Origin: a virus
Taxonomy: Duplodnaviria > Caudoviricetes
Reading direction: 5' to 3' (one strand)
Virus record (IMG/VR): IMGVR_UViG_3300037067_005096
Coordinates: 48,084 to 112,083 of that record
Length of the DNA stretch: 64,000 bases
Below, piece by piece: positions 39,581 through 47,864 of this stretch; within the stretch, counting starts at the first letter, position 1, and every line of letters begins with the position of its first letter. Made by a program: the position numbers and the translations under genes. The notes beneath the pieces are model-generated. The model worked only from the letters and a program-made list of their open reading frames with translations, had not been told where the DNA came from and did no database searches.

Positions 39581-39697
39581 CTAGTCGGTGTAGCCTAGCT
39601 CATCGCCGCAATCCTGGCAAAGAGGCTCGCCACAATCGTTGGTGATGCTGCCATCACACGGTTCGCCACATTCAACACAGTATACCTCTTCTTCCAT
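39581..39697 (-). CDS. 38-aa acidic Cys-rich microprotein
   Basis: Read manually: GGAGGTG RBS, MEEEVYCVECGEPCDGSITNDCGEPLCQDCGDELGYTD. Confidence 0.6.
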   Translation of the reverse strand: MEEEVYCVECGEPCDGSITNDCGEPLCQDCGDELGYTD

Positions 39698-39721
39698 CGG
39701 TATATCACCTCCTCTGCTATG

Positions 39722-39795
39722 TGGTGCGTCGAGGGAGAATCGAACTCCCATTTACTGGTTAAAAGCCAGCTACTCTGCCGTTGAGTTATCGACGC
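39722..39795 (-). tRNA. tRNA-Lys(UUU)
   Basis: Cloverleaf, loop CT-TTT-AA, CCA. Confidence 0.92.
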
Positions 39796-39800
39796 TAACT

Positions 39801-39877
39801 TGGAGCCGCATAAGAGACTTGAACTCTTCCCTCGACGTTGGAAGCGTCACGTGCTCAGCCATTAACACCAATGCGGC
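39801..39877 (-). tRNA. tRNA-Gly(UCC)
   Basis: Loop CT-TCC-AA, U73, CCA. Confidence 0.9.
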
Positions 39878-39882
39878 AAATA

Positions 39883-39958
39883 TGGAGCCGGTAGCAGGCA
39901 TCGAACCCGCGACAAGAGGTTTACAAAACCCCTGCTCTACCATCTGAGCTATACCGGC
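39883..39958 (-). tRNA. tRNA-Thr(UGU)
   Basis: Loop TT-TGT-AA, CCA. Confidence 0.93.
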
Positions 39959-39962
39959 ATAT

Positions 39963-40050
39963 TGGCGGAAGATACAGGAATCGAACCTGTGCAGCCAAAA
40001 GGCCGACTTCGGTTTAGCAAACCGGTACATTACCGCTCTGTCAATCTTCC
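39963..40050 (-). tRNA. tRNA-Ser(GCU)
   Basis: Long variable arm, G73, loop TT-GCT-AA. Confidence 0.92.
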
Positions 40051-40144
40051 TGGCGGAGCGTGAAGGACTCGAACCCTCACCACGGGGTTCTCCCGTGCTC
40101 ACGGTTTTCAAGACCGGGGCAATATCCAGTTCTGCCAACGCTCC
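40051..40144 (-). tRNA. tRNA-Ser(UGA)
   Basis: Long variable arm, G73, loop CT-TGA-AA; zero spacer to Ser(GCU). Confidence 0.92.
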
Positions 40145-40148
40145 ATAC

Positions 40149-40223
40149 TGGTGGAAGCGGAGAGAGTCGAACTCTCAACCTTAACCTTGCAAAGGTTCTG
40201 CTCTCCCATTGAGCTACGCCCCC
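40149..40223 (-). tRNA. tRNA-Ala(UGC)
   Basis: G3:U70, loop TT-TGC-AA, CCA. Confidence 0.93.
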
Positions 40224-40612
40224 TTACGTTTACGAGAATCATGATGTGTTTTCTTACAACATGGTTGCAATCCATTCCACTTACTTTTATTCTTCCAGAA
40301 CTCACTTATTGGATGAAATGTTTGACAACCACAACACCATGCCGTTCCTTCAACTCCGACTTTTCTACGAGACTCTGCCAGTTTTTGCTTAGTAGCATCA
40401 GACCGCTTACTTCCCAATACGTGCATTCGAGAATGCCCGCTTCGCAATCGTACTTCCAAATTTTCTGGCCGATTGTCTCGTTTGTTCTCGTTGATATGAT
40501 GTACAAGCTCATAGGATTTTAGGCGTCTCCCTAAAATACCCTCCATTACAAGACGATGCTCGTCTCGTGTTGTTCCATCTGGCAGTTTTATACGCTTATA
40601 TGGGTATGCCAT
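40214..40612 (-). mobile_element. Free-standing HNH homing endonuclease within the tRNA array
   Basis: EHRLVM...VHHINENKRDNRPENL, C-terminal Cys cluster. Confidence 0.88.
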
Positions 40613-40622
40613 AGTAATTATC

Positions 40623-40713
40623 TGGTGCGTAGGGGTAGATTTGAACTACCGATGTTTTCCACAAGGGTACGAGTTTTACAGACTCGCTGCATCAACCACT
40701 CGCTCACCTACGC
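40623..40713 (-). tRNA. tRNA-Tyr(GUA)
   Basis: Long variable arm, loop CT-GTA-AA. Confidence 0.9.
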
Positions 40714-40717
40714 ATAT

Positions 40718-40792
40718 TGGTGGACTCGCTTCGAGTTGCACGAAGGACACCACGGGCTTCAACCGTGTGCTCTACTACTGAGCTACGAGTCC
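40718..40792 (-). tRNA. tRNA-Phe(GAA), atypical D/T loops
   Basis: Loop TT-GAA-GC; D loop AGTAGTA; T loop TGCAACT. Confidence 0.85.
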
Positions 40793-40793
40793 G

Positions 40794-40866
40794 TGGACTC
40801 GCCTGGACTCGAACCAGGAGCCAATCGGTTATGAGCCGACCGCTCTACCAATTGAGCTACAAGTCC
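40794..40866 (-). tRNA. tRNA(CAU), probably Ile2; CCA not encoded
   Basis: Loop CT-CAT-AA; G1-C72 so not initiator. Confidence 0.85.
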
Positions 40867-40872
40867 AAAAAC

Positions 40873-40948
40873 TGGTGCAGGCGGAGGGAGTTGCACTCTC
40901 ACTGACATGCTTCTAAGGCATGTGCCTCTGCTATTGGGCTACGCCTGC
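40873..40948 (-). tRNA. tRNA-Leu(UAG), short variable loop
   Basis: Loop CT-TAG-AA, A73, 76 nt, T loop TGCAACT. Confidence 0.85.
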
Positions 40949-40957
40949 ATATTATAC

Positions 40958-41033
40958 TGGCTCTGGTGGGAGGACTCGAACCTCCAACCATCCGGTTAAC
41001 AGCCGGACGCTCCGCCAGTTGAGCTACACCAGA
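40958..41033 (-). tRNA. tRNA-Asn(GUU)
   Basis: U1-A72, G73, loop CT-GTT-AA. Confidence 0.94.
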
Positions 41034-41037
41034 ATAA

Positions 41038-41113
41038 TGGTGCGGGAAGCAGGACTCGAACCTGCACATCACGAGGCTTAAACCCGTTGCCTTTGCCATT
41101 TAGCCATTCCCGC
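41038..41113 (-). tRNA. tRNA-Leu(UAA), short variable loop
   Basis: Loop TT-TAA-GC, A73, 76 nt. Confidence 0.87.
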
Positions 41114-41115
41114 AT

Positions 41116-41191
41116 TGGTGGAGACGGAAGGAGTTGCACCTTCACTGAACGGGTTTTGAAGCCGCTGACTCTGCTATTGGCCTACGTCTCC
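41116..41191 (-). tRNA. tRNA-Leu(CAA), short variable loop, C31xC39 mismatch
   Basis: Loop TT-CAA-AA; D, V and T loops identical to Leu(UAG). Confidence 0.8.
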
Positions 41192-41196
41192 ATAGG

Positions 41197-41273
41197 TGGG
41201 GCGAATGGCGGGAATCGAACCCGCGACCCCTGGGGCCACAACCCAGTGCTCTATCCGCTGAGCTACACACGCC
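41197..41273 (-). tRNA. tRNA-His(GUG)
   Basis: G-1:C73, loop TT-GTG-GC. Confidence 0.9.
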
Positions 41274-41296
41274 ACGACATTCGCCCACATTGAAAC

Positions 41297-41374
41297 TGGT
41301 AGCCCGGACGAGGCTCGAACTCGCAATCCTCCAGCCTTGAAAGGGCGGTGTTCTACCAACTGAACTACCGGGCC
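41297..41374 (-). tRNA. tRNA-Glu(UUC)
   Basis: Loop CT-TTC-AA; one extra U in the 3' anticodon-stem strand. Confidence 0.87.
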
Positions 41375-41440
41375 GCGAATGCCGGGAACAGCTAATAGTA
41401 GAAGTGAGAAAGACCTATCAACTGTTCCCGGCTCTACCGG

Positions 41441-41665
41441 TTAGCTCTTGTTGTTGACGCTGACGCCTCCCCTTATTATACCACCAACCACGATGAGAAG
41501 CCAGTATCCAGCATAAGCTACCCAGTACGTGAGTTCCTTCCCACCAAAGTAGGGAATCACCACGTTCCACAGATACATGAGGATATATGCGGCGATGAAG
41601 CTCAAAATACCTGCTACCACCGCGACCGCAATTATCGCTCCAAGAACTGCTGCGAGTGTTCTCAT
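41441..41665 (-). CDS. Small membrane protein
   Basis: Two long hydrophobic segments. Confidence 0.7.
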   Translation of the reverse strand: MRTLAAVLGAIIAVAVVAGILSFIAAYILMYLWNVVIPYFGGKELTYWVAYAGYWLLIVVGGIIRGGVSVNNKS

Positions 41666-42051
41666 TCTACCTTTACACCTCCCTTCGCACGTTGATACAG
41701 AGCTTGAAACTCTTCAACGGTATTGAAATGTCCCCAATCACGTGGTTCGGTGCAGGTAACAGTCTCCCCGCAAACATCACAGGTCACTGTATAGAATGTT
41801 GCTATGTGACCCTCCGGCCAAGTCTTTCCCAGTGCTTGGGCACACTCTGAGCAAATAGCAGCCGGGTAAGGTATCCATTCATGCTTCTTCGCATACGCTG
41901 ATAACCTCAACTCGACTTTCTCCTTGTCCTTAGAGCCAGTAATCTCTTTACAACGAGATGTGGCACGCCCATGCACCCGACGTACATAGTATGCCATACT
42001 AAATGGGTCTTGGACAAGTAGATAACGACTTCCTTCTTGGTCTACATACAT
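41662..42051 (-). CDS. Hypothetical protein with Zn-finger
   Basis: CSEC...CDVC..TEPRDWG. Confidence 0.7.
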   Translation of the reverse strand: MYVDQEGSRYLLVQDPFSMAYYVRRVHGRATSRCKEITGSKDKEKVELRLSAYAKKHEWIPYPAAICSECAQALGKTWPEGHIATFYTVTCDVCGETVTCTEPRDWGHFNTVEEFQALYQRAKGGVKVE

Positions 42052-42060
42052 GATGTCACC

Positions 42061-42441
42061 TCAGAACTTCTTCAGTTCATCGTGCAGACCGGACTCGAAG
42101 AATGCGCTATCCGGGCTAAGCCCCTGCACTAGGCCCGCTTGGTAGCGGCGAATCGCTGCTTCCATTTCCAGGGGCATTACCACTCCGGTTAGTGGCTCCG
42201 CATTCGGCGGAACATCATCTGCCAGAGCTTCAGCCAACGCTACGACCGAATCACCGGTCTCTGCAATAGCCTCTGCCAACTCCTCATGAATCTGCTCTTC
42301 CGTAGGTTCAGGCTCACTGATGGATGCCTTGACATGAACCACAGATGCTTCTGGATTCACTGGAGCCATCGGAGTCTCTTCCTCATCCAGTCCCGGAATC
42401 GCAACAGGAGTCTTCTCATCTTTCGGCTTGCGTCCGAACAT
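42061..42441 (-). CDS. Acidic hypothetical protein
   Basis: AAGGAGG RBS. Confidence 0.65.
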   Translation of the reverse strand: MFGRKPKDEKTPVAIPGLDEEETPMAPVNPEASVVHVKASISEPEPTEEQIHEELAEAIAETGDSVVALAEALADDVPPNAEPLTGVVMPLEMEAAIRRYQAGLVQGLSPDSAFFESGLHDELKKF

Positions 42442-42456
42442 ACCAGCACTACCTCC

Positions 42457-43383
42457 TTATAGGGTATTTAGGAACTCCGTGACGCTATCCCAGTTGCCTG
42501 ACGCCTTCTCCAAGAAGCTCACAACTTCCTGTTCGGCAGCGACACGTGCATCCCATTTGTCTTCGTCTCGATACCGAAGCACCCAGTCCTCGATTAGAGC
42601 ACTGATGACGGACGGTTCGAGAGCATCCAACTCCCAGCATTCATACCCGAACTCACTGACGTAAACACTCGACCGGGTATCTTGTAGCTTGGTCGGATTC
42701 GGTGGAGGAGAATACTCCTCAATTTGGTCATAGTTGAGAGCTATCCGATGGAATATCGGGAAAGCCCCAAACAGATTCAGCCGTTCTTCGATGTCGCGGC
42801 TCATATCCTTTCCTGACGGGTCATGGTCACCCAGGTGAATTATCACTGTGGGCGGGCCGTCCTTGAACCTTTGTCGGCGGGTGATACGCTGTGCAGCCAG
42901 CCACATCTCTGTTTGACTCACATAGCCCCGGCACGAGAAGAAGTTCACATCCAATGGACGACAAGCATTCTCAACAACGCCTACCAAAGCATCTTTCTCT
43001 ACCCACACTTCAACCCGGAACTCTTGCCCGGCCCATTTGTCATACTGGAAGCTCTGAGCACAAGCAGAAACAATGTCTCCAGGGCTATTCCAATGCGAAT
43101 TGCCCCGCAAGTTCCGAGTCCTATCCTCAATAGCATTCCAGTCAATCAGGCCACACAGACGCCCGTTAGAAATGGTCTCTCCGAGCTTCTTATACTCACG
43201 CTCGTTGTTTGCAATATAAGCTCTAGCGACCATCTGATAGTAAACCTGACGTAGTGTAAGTTCATAGCCCTGCGCCCGGTACTGGTCAATGACCTCATTC
43301 ACCAGTGCTATGATTGCCAGCGTTGCCTTTTGGAACTTGATGTCCCGGTATCGAATCTTAGGCATCTCGATGTATTTCCTCAT
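42457..43383 (-). CDS. Topo VI-A/Spo11-like TOPRIM protein
   Basis: LTLRQVYYQ, VWVEKDAL, RGY, LGDHDPSG. Confidence 0.78.
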   Translation of the reverse strand: MRKYIEMPKIRYRDIKFQKATLAIIALVNEVIDQYRAQGYELTLRQVYYQMVARAYIANNEREYKKLGETISNGRLCGLIDWNAIEDRTRNLRGNSHWNSPGDIVSACAQSFQYDKWAGQEFRVEVWVEKDALVGVVENACRPLDVNFFSCRGYVSQTEMWLAAQRITRRQRFKDGPPTVIIHLGDHDPSGKDMSRDIEERLNLFGAFPIFHRIALNYDQIEEYSPPPNPTKLQDTRSSVYVSEFGYECWELDALEPSVISALIEDWVLRYRDEDKWDARVAAEQEVVSFLEKASGNWDSVTEFLNTL

Positions 43384-43642
43384 CCAAGTGTTCGACGGCT
43401 GCCACAGCTACAGCAGCGACCTGGATAAGCTCCTTTCTCAGTGGTATGAGTGCTGCCTTATGAGCATCACTGCGCTCAGGAATCCTCCGAGCTTCAAGCA
43501 ATGCTTGGCACGCCTCACCAAACTCCTCTCCCAGAACTGTCATCCAAACTGGGAAATCGTGACGTTGGACACCCCAAAGTTCGACTTGATAGTCACGCTC
43601 TTCAGCGACTTCTTTGAGAATGTCTTCGTTCCTTATGCACAT
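43358..43642 (-). CDS. MazG-like nucleotide pyrophosphohydrolase
   Basis: LGEEFGEACQA...RKELIQVAAVAVA; start at MCIRNED. Confidence 0.8.
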   Translation of the reverse strand: MCIRNEDILKEVAEERDYQVELWGVQRHDFPVWMTVLGEEFGEACQALLEARRIPERSDAHKAALIPLRKELIQVAAVAVAAVEHLDEEIHRDA

Positions 43643-44360
43643 CAACGTATCTCCGTTTCGCTGTTTGATGGTGAGGTTTCTGCCGAATAGCATGCAGTAA
43701 TTCATCTGCAAGCAGGTAATCCTCGTTCCCCACAGCTTCCACATACCGAATGGCATCCTCACAATCATCTGGATGCACTGGATGAGTCATAAGCAGACTT
43801 GCCCGTATTTGGTGGTCAAACACCCGGTCGTCTGCTTCTAGTAGTCGAAGGTCGCCCTGCGCAAGCACTGTCCACGCTGCCTCAAGCAAGTCATCTACTA
43901 CATGGTCAGGTTCACATTCACAACGTTTGCCTTCTATCAGCAGCGTCCGACATCCGGCTGCTTTACCAGCGAGAATATCTGTCTCACTGTCACCAATCAT
44001 AAAGGACTCTGCTAGGTCTATGTCTAGGTCGATAGCTGCCTGCAGAAGCATACCTGGCTCCGGCTTTCGACACGAACACCCCTCCGAAGCCAGGTGCTTG
44101 CAGTAATAAAACGCCTCTATCTCCCCATTCACTGTTGCTGAAATGGCATCCTGCATTCGACACAAATCAGTTTCAGCAATGAGACCTTTCGCAATTCCTT
44201 GCTGGTTAGATACTACCACAATGATAAAGCCTGCCGCTCTCAACCGATGAATGGCTTCTACCACACAAGGGTAGACCATCAACTCGTGTAAGTTCTTCAC
44301 GTAGTCGGGCCGGTCGATATTGATGACACCATCTCGGTCAAGGAAGACGGCTCTATTCAT
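43602..44360 (-). CDS. gmhB: D,D-heptose-1,7-bisphosphate phosphatase (HAD IIIA) with C-terminal extension
   Basis: FLDRDGVIN, SNQQG, CKH...CSCRKPEPGM, IGDSETD. Confidence 0.9.
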   Translation of the reverse strand: MNRAVFLDRDGVINIDRPDYVKNLHELMVYPCVVEAIHRLRAAGFIIVVVSNQQGIAKGLIAETDLCRMQDAISATVNGEIEAFYYCKHLASEGCSCRKPEPGMLLQAAIDLDIDLAESFMIGDSETDILAGKAAGCRTLLIEGKRCECEPDHVVDDLLEAAWTVLAQGDLRLLEADDRVFDHQIRASLLMTHPVHPDDCEDAIRYVEAVGNEDYLLADELLHAIRQKPHHQTAKRRYVDVHKERRHSQRSR

Positions 44361-45258
44361 GGCCTAGTTGAGCCTCCACAAGCTGCTGCTTGTACCACTC
44401 CGGGAATCCAGCAATGATGCCCCGCTGAATCTTCGGCCAGGCCCACTTGAAAAGCTGCTCCATTATCATGTCCTTCTCTTCCTTGAGAACATCCTGACCA
44501 ACTTCTTTGAGCAACTTGCCGATGTCTCGCGGGTCGTGCTCCAGTTCCCCAGCTTCTTCAAGATGCTGTATAGCTTTCTGCCAACGAGCATCAGTCTTTA
44601 GTTGAGTAATCAAGTTCTGCACCACATCCGCAGAGCCAGGGTTGCCCATCTTCCACTCAGTCCGATGCTTCTCTTTGAACGCCTCAGACACGAACTTTGC
44701 CATCAGGCATTTCTTGTCTGGTGCGTAGACATCATAACCTATGGGCTTGATAACCACACCCTCAATCTTCACACCACCAAGCACTGAGTCTCGGTCGAGA
44801 AGTGAATTGAACAGGTCGATGTCGAGCTTGACAGCCGTTGCCAGAAGCGGAACGACTTCCAGTCCAAGCCTTGCCGCTTCAGCCGCTTTCTCCTCGTATG
44901 ACAGGTAAGATTCCTCACCAGTGTTGACATCGAAGAGAATGATATGGCTGGTCGGAATACGCTCATAGCAGAGAGCATTGTGTTTCGGCTTCGAGAGATA
45001 TTCCCCACGATATGTCCAGCCATCATGCAAGTCAAGCTGCGCTACAGCTTCCACACCGGCAATGAACATCTTCTCTGGAGCATCCACTACCATCTCTTTG
45101 CCCTTTGAACGCACTCTCAACGTTCCATTGAATCTGCCAAAGCTAAACTGGCTGCCATCTACTTTCTCTTCGATATTGACAGCACACTGCAGTAGCGGTT
45201 CCAATGCTCTGTGACCCAGGTTGTACACCGAAGGATAACTATGCCAACTTGTTATCAT
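44353..45258 (-). CDS. ATP-dependent RNA ligase (Rnl2-like)
   Basis: EEKVDGSQF motif I, RGEY, LFDV, EGVVIK, AKFVSEAFKE. Confidence 0.85.
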   Translation of the reverse strand: MITSWHSYPSVYNLGHRALEPLLQCAVNIEEKVDGSQFSFGRFNGTLRVRSKGKEMVVDAPEKMFIAGVEAVAQLDLHDGWTYRGEYLSKPKHNALCYERIPTSHIILFDVNTGEESYLSYEEKAAEAARLGLEVVPLLATAVKLDIDLFNSLLDRDSVLGGVKIEGVVIKPIGYDVYAPDKKCLMAKFVSEAFKEKHRTEWKMGNPGSADVVQNLITQLKTDARWQKAIQHLEEAGELEHDPRDIGKLLKEVGQDVLKEEKDMIMEQLFKWAWPKIQRGIIAGFPEWYKQQLVEAQLGHE

Positions 45259-45668
45259 TTCTTCAACTCCTTGAGTTTTTGTGCTATACTTACAGACTCT
45301 TCCCGTGGTGCTCCCCTACACTCTTGTATCATCAAGTCGGCTTGTTCAGCTTTCTCAATAAGAAACGGCCTGATAAGCAAAAGAAAAGCCAAGATGTCTT
45401 GTTTAGCTCCAAAACCCCAATTCCATGTATCTTTATTCCCAGTTACTTTTGGCTCAGTTTGATGTTTTACTATATGCAAACTACCACCAAACTGTTGTTG
45501 TAATTGCTCTAAAACTGGTAGATACGAATTGGTGATATGAACTGAACGTATCCAACAAGGACTTTTATACCCACTCTTGTACCGTGAGCATTTACTACCC
45601 TTATTTCGGTACATCCCTATGCTTCCCTCACCATCAAAGAAACCTGCTACATATTCTAATGACAGCAT
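45255..45668 (-). mobile_element. Free-standing LAGLIDADG homing endonuclease
   Basis: YVAGFFDGEGSI; stop overlaps RNA ligase start. Confidence 0.88.
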
Positions 45669-45722
45669 AATCCTTCACCTCTACCCCAGTATATCTCACT
45701 ATGGGTATTTCATGCTGTCTTC

Positions 45723-45932
45723 AAAAAAAGCATATAGAAGTCCGGGTCAAGGCTTTCGTGAGAGTATAGGTTGCTTGACACGCTACTCTCCATCTACGGC
45801 AGCCGGACTTCTATATACTGGGGTCTGGTCAACCACACGCTTCCCACCAGGTCAAGCCTGCCTAAGCCTTGTCCGTTGCGACCCCAAATAAGAACTCGAC
45901 TATAGCCGGTAGCTGCACTCGACTTCCCACCA
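45723..45932 (-). ncRNA. Candidate structured small RNA
   Basis: Promoter TTGACC-17-TATACT upstream; two hairpin domains; 16-bp stem followed by U7; no credible ORF. Confidence 0.5.
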
Positions 45933-45974
45933 CATCAGTATACCGCACCTAGCAATCCAGGTCAACTGGTACTA

Positions 45975-46298
45975 TTACTGGGTTTTCCGCATTTCAGCGA
46001 GCATATCTTCTTTCTCTTGCTCAAACTTCTTTCGGTCTATGCCGAAAAACTCATACAGCAACTCCAGCAGATTCGGATTGGTAGGATAAAGCACACCCTC
46101 ACACATCCCACAGTGCCGCTTGTAGTCCTCGTGTTCTTCCAAGTCGATATAGCACTCATCAGTGTGTTCATGATACTTGGCAAGATGAATGTCCTTCTCT
46201 TGCTGCAGCCACTCGAAGAACTCACCACATGCTTGTGACTTCTCCTGGATTGCCACTACCTTGTCATGCTCCGGGTATTGACTGCTCTGCGATGGCAT
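45975..46298 (-). CDS. Hypothetical protein
   Basis: GGAGG RBS; YPEHDK..SQACGEFFEWL. Confidence 0.7.
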   Translation of the reverse strand: MPSQSSQYPEHDKVVAIQEKSQACGEFFEWLQQEKDIHLAKYHEHTDECYIDLEEHEDYKRHCGMCEGVLYPTNPNLLELLYEFFGIDRKKFEQEKEDMLAEMRKTQ

Positions 46299-46515
46299 CT
46301 CTTACCTCCGTATGCTGCTTGTAAGGCTTACCCCGAAGCCCGGCTTTGAGTGCATCACGAACATCTCTGGGTGATGCACCTTGCTGTCTCATTTTGTAGC
46401 ATAACAACCCTTCAGCCGTGCCACACGATGAACAGATATGAGTCTTATTGTCGGCCCGGCTGATTGCCGGGTAACCCTTGATAGGGAATGTGCATATCGG
46501 ACACTTCTCAGCCAT
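46264..46515 (-). CDS. Zn-ribbon hypothetical protein
   Basis: CPIC..YPAISRADN..ICSSCG. Confidence 0.72.
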   Translation of the reverse strand: MAEKCPICTFPIKGYPAISRADNKTHICSSCGTAEGLLCYKMRQQGASPRDVRDALKAGLRGKPYKQHTEVRDAIAEQSIPGA

Positions 46516-46749
46516 CTATTTGCCCTCCATACAATTCAGTAGGTCACAAGTCTTGGTCAAGGTCTCTATCTGGCTATTCACTGTGCCACAGAGACCCTGC
46601 AGAGCTTCTTCCGGTGTCTTGCCACTACCCTCTGCAATGACGAATCCGCCATCTTTGATTACCTGTGCAAAACATTCGCCCTGCTTCTCATAGAATTTGA
46701 CGTGCATCTTATTTCCTTTCGGTTTTGGAGCCAGGGGCAACAAAAACAT
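46516..46749 (-). CDS. Small hypothetical protein (likely start MHVKF)
   Basis: Operon-filling ORF. Confidence 0.55.
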   Translation of the reverse strand: MFLLPLAPKPKGNKMHVKFYEKQGECFAQVIKDGGFVIAEGSGKTPEEALQGLCGTVNSQIETLTKTCDLLNCMEGK

Positions 46750-46921
46750 CTCTCAAATCCTTTCCTACAATACGAATCTGACACGGCTTCAATACTCGAC
46801 TCTCTCCAGCATCACTTGTAAAATCATATAAGCCGTCAGACCGTTTGGTTGCATAGCCCCAATGTTGAAATCCCCGTGCATTACTAGCACAGTTATATGA
46901 TTGTCCAATTTGGGTTTTCAT
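46709..46921 (-). CDS. Hypothetical protein
   Basis: ATGA overlap with upstream gene. Confidence 0.55.
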   Translation of the reverse strand: MKTQIGQSYNCASNARGFQHWGYATKRSDGLYDFTSDAGESRVLKPCQIRIVGKDLRDVFVAPGSKTERK

Positions 46922-47301
46922 TTCTTCACCTTCGCACAGTCACTTCCACAGTACACCTGGGGATTGCCTCCCGACCGTCGTGCTGCTTCCAGTGCTCGTT
47001 TTGATGAATACGGTATCCAGATGGTCTTCCCACACCGTGAACAGTGCTCCTCGTACAAGTTCTTCGGCTGAAAGCCTATCCAGTACCACCACAAACCTTC
47101 TTTGCAGTGGTGTCTCCTACCGACACGAAATCCAACCTTGTCAATGAGGTCTGCCATCCAATCCGGCAATACCATCAGCGTGCCGTTCTCTTCGCCAGCA
47201 TGCTTCATTGTTTCCAACTTGGTCAGAATGCGGTCTACCATGCGCTCCTTAGCTCTCATACGCTGAAGCCTGGGATGAGACCATCTGTGATACCGTATCA
47301 T
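46918..47301 (-). CDS. Hypothetical protein with C-terminal Zn-finger
   Basis: CSRCG...YCGSDC; first gene after the palindrome promoter at 47364. Confidence 0.65.
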   Translation of the reverse strand: MIRYHRWSHPRLQRMRAKERMVDRILTKLETMKHAGEENGTLMVLPDWMADLIDKVGFRVGRRHHCKEGLWWYWIGFQPKNLYEEHCSRCGKTIWIPYSSKRALEAARRSGGNPQVYCGSDCAKVKK

Positions 47302-47372
47302 TCAGTGTGCGTTCCTTTCTGATTATCTATCTAAGTATACCGCACAATGTTGTGTCTTGTCTACTGGTATTT

Positions 47373-47864
47373 CTACCCGTTATAGTGCAGATTGTACGTG
47401 ATGACCACACTCTCACCTTCCAACAATGTCTGGTCAAGAGTAAATGACATCTCTTTTCCATCGAGTGTTGGAATCACTGGCTGACCATCTACTTTCGCAG
47501 AGCCAGCCACAAAATCAAAAAGAGCGGGGATTACCACCTTGTACTTCTTCGGCTTAATTGGCTGTATGACCGTGATAGTCGCTGTAGCCGATGCACTGCG
47601 GTCGGTTCCATATTCGTCTGACCACAGTATCTCAATGACCAGCGGAATAGGGTCACGGGTATGCAGAATGTTACTGAGTGTCGTCTGGATAGTGGTAATC
47701 TTAGTCACACTATCAACTTGACTAGCTGTCACAGTCACCTGCAACCCGTCTGCCGCTTTCACCGAACATGACAATACCAGCAAAACAATGCACAGAAGTG
47801 CAATCTTCACAAAGCTGGCTCTAAAACTCCGTTGTACGAACTGATACCGCATAGTGTTACCCAA
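47373..47864 (-). CDS. Secreted beta-rich protein (likely start ~47810)
   Basis: Signal peptide KIALLCIVLLVLSCSVKA. Confidence 0.65.
   Translation of the reverse strand: MGNTMRYQFVQRSFRASFVKIALLCIVLLVLSCSVKAADGLQVTVTASQVDSVTKITTIQTTLSNILHTRDPIPLVIEILWSDEYGTDRSASATATITVIQPIKPKKYKVVIPALFDFVAGSAKVDGQPVIPTLDGKEMSFTLDQTLLEGESVVITYNLHYNG

Noticed and set aside
41116-41191. Possible UCA (opal suppressor/Trp/Sec) anticodon in CTTCAAA
   Set aside because: Stem register places CAA at 34-36, the body matches Leu(UAG), and TGA is used as a normal stop in ATGA overlaps
39639-41359. Short ORFs across the tRNA array other than the HNH gene
   Set aside because: They overlap tRNA genes and lack protein-like features
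42457-43383. Wadjet (JetD) or complete topoisomerase VI system
   Set aside because: No SMC/kleisin or Topo VI-B partner in the window
45255-45932. Group I intron carrying the LAGLIDADG gene
   Set aside because: The RNA ligase is intact and starts at the endonuclease stop; no interrupted gene or recognisable intron core
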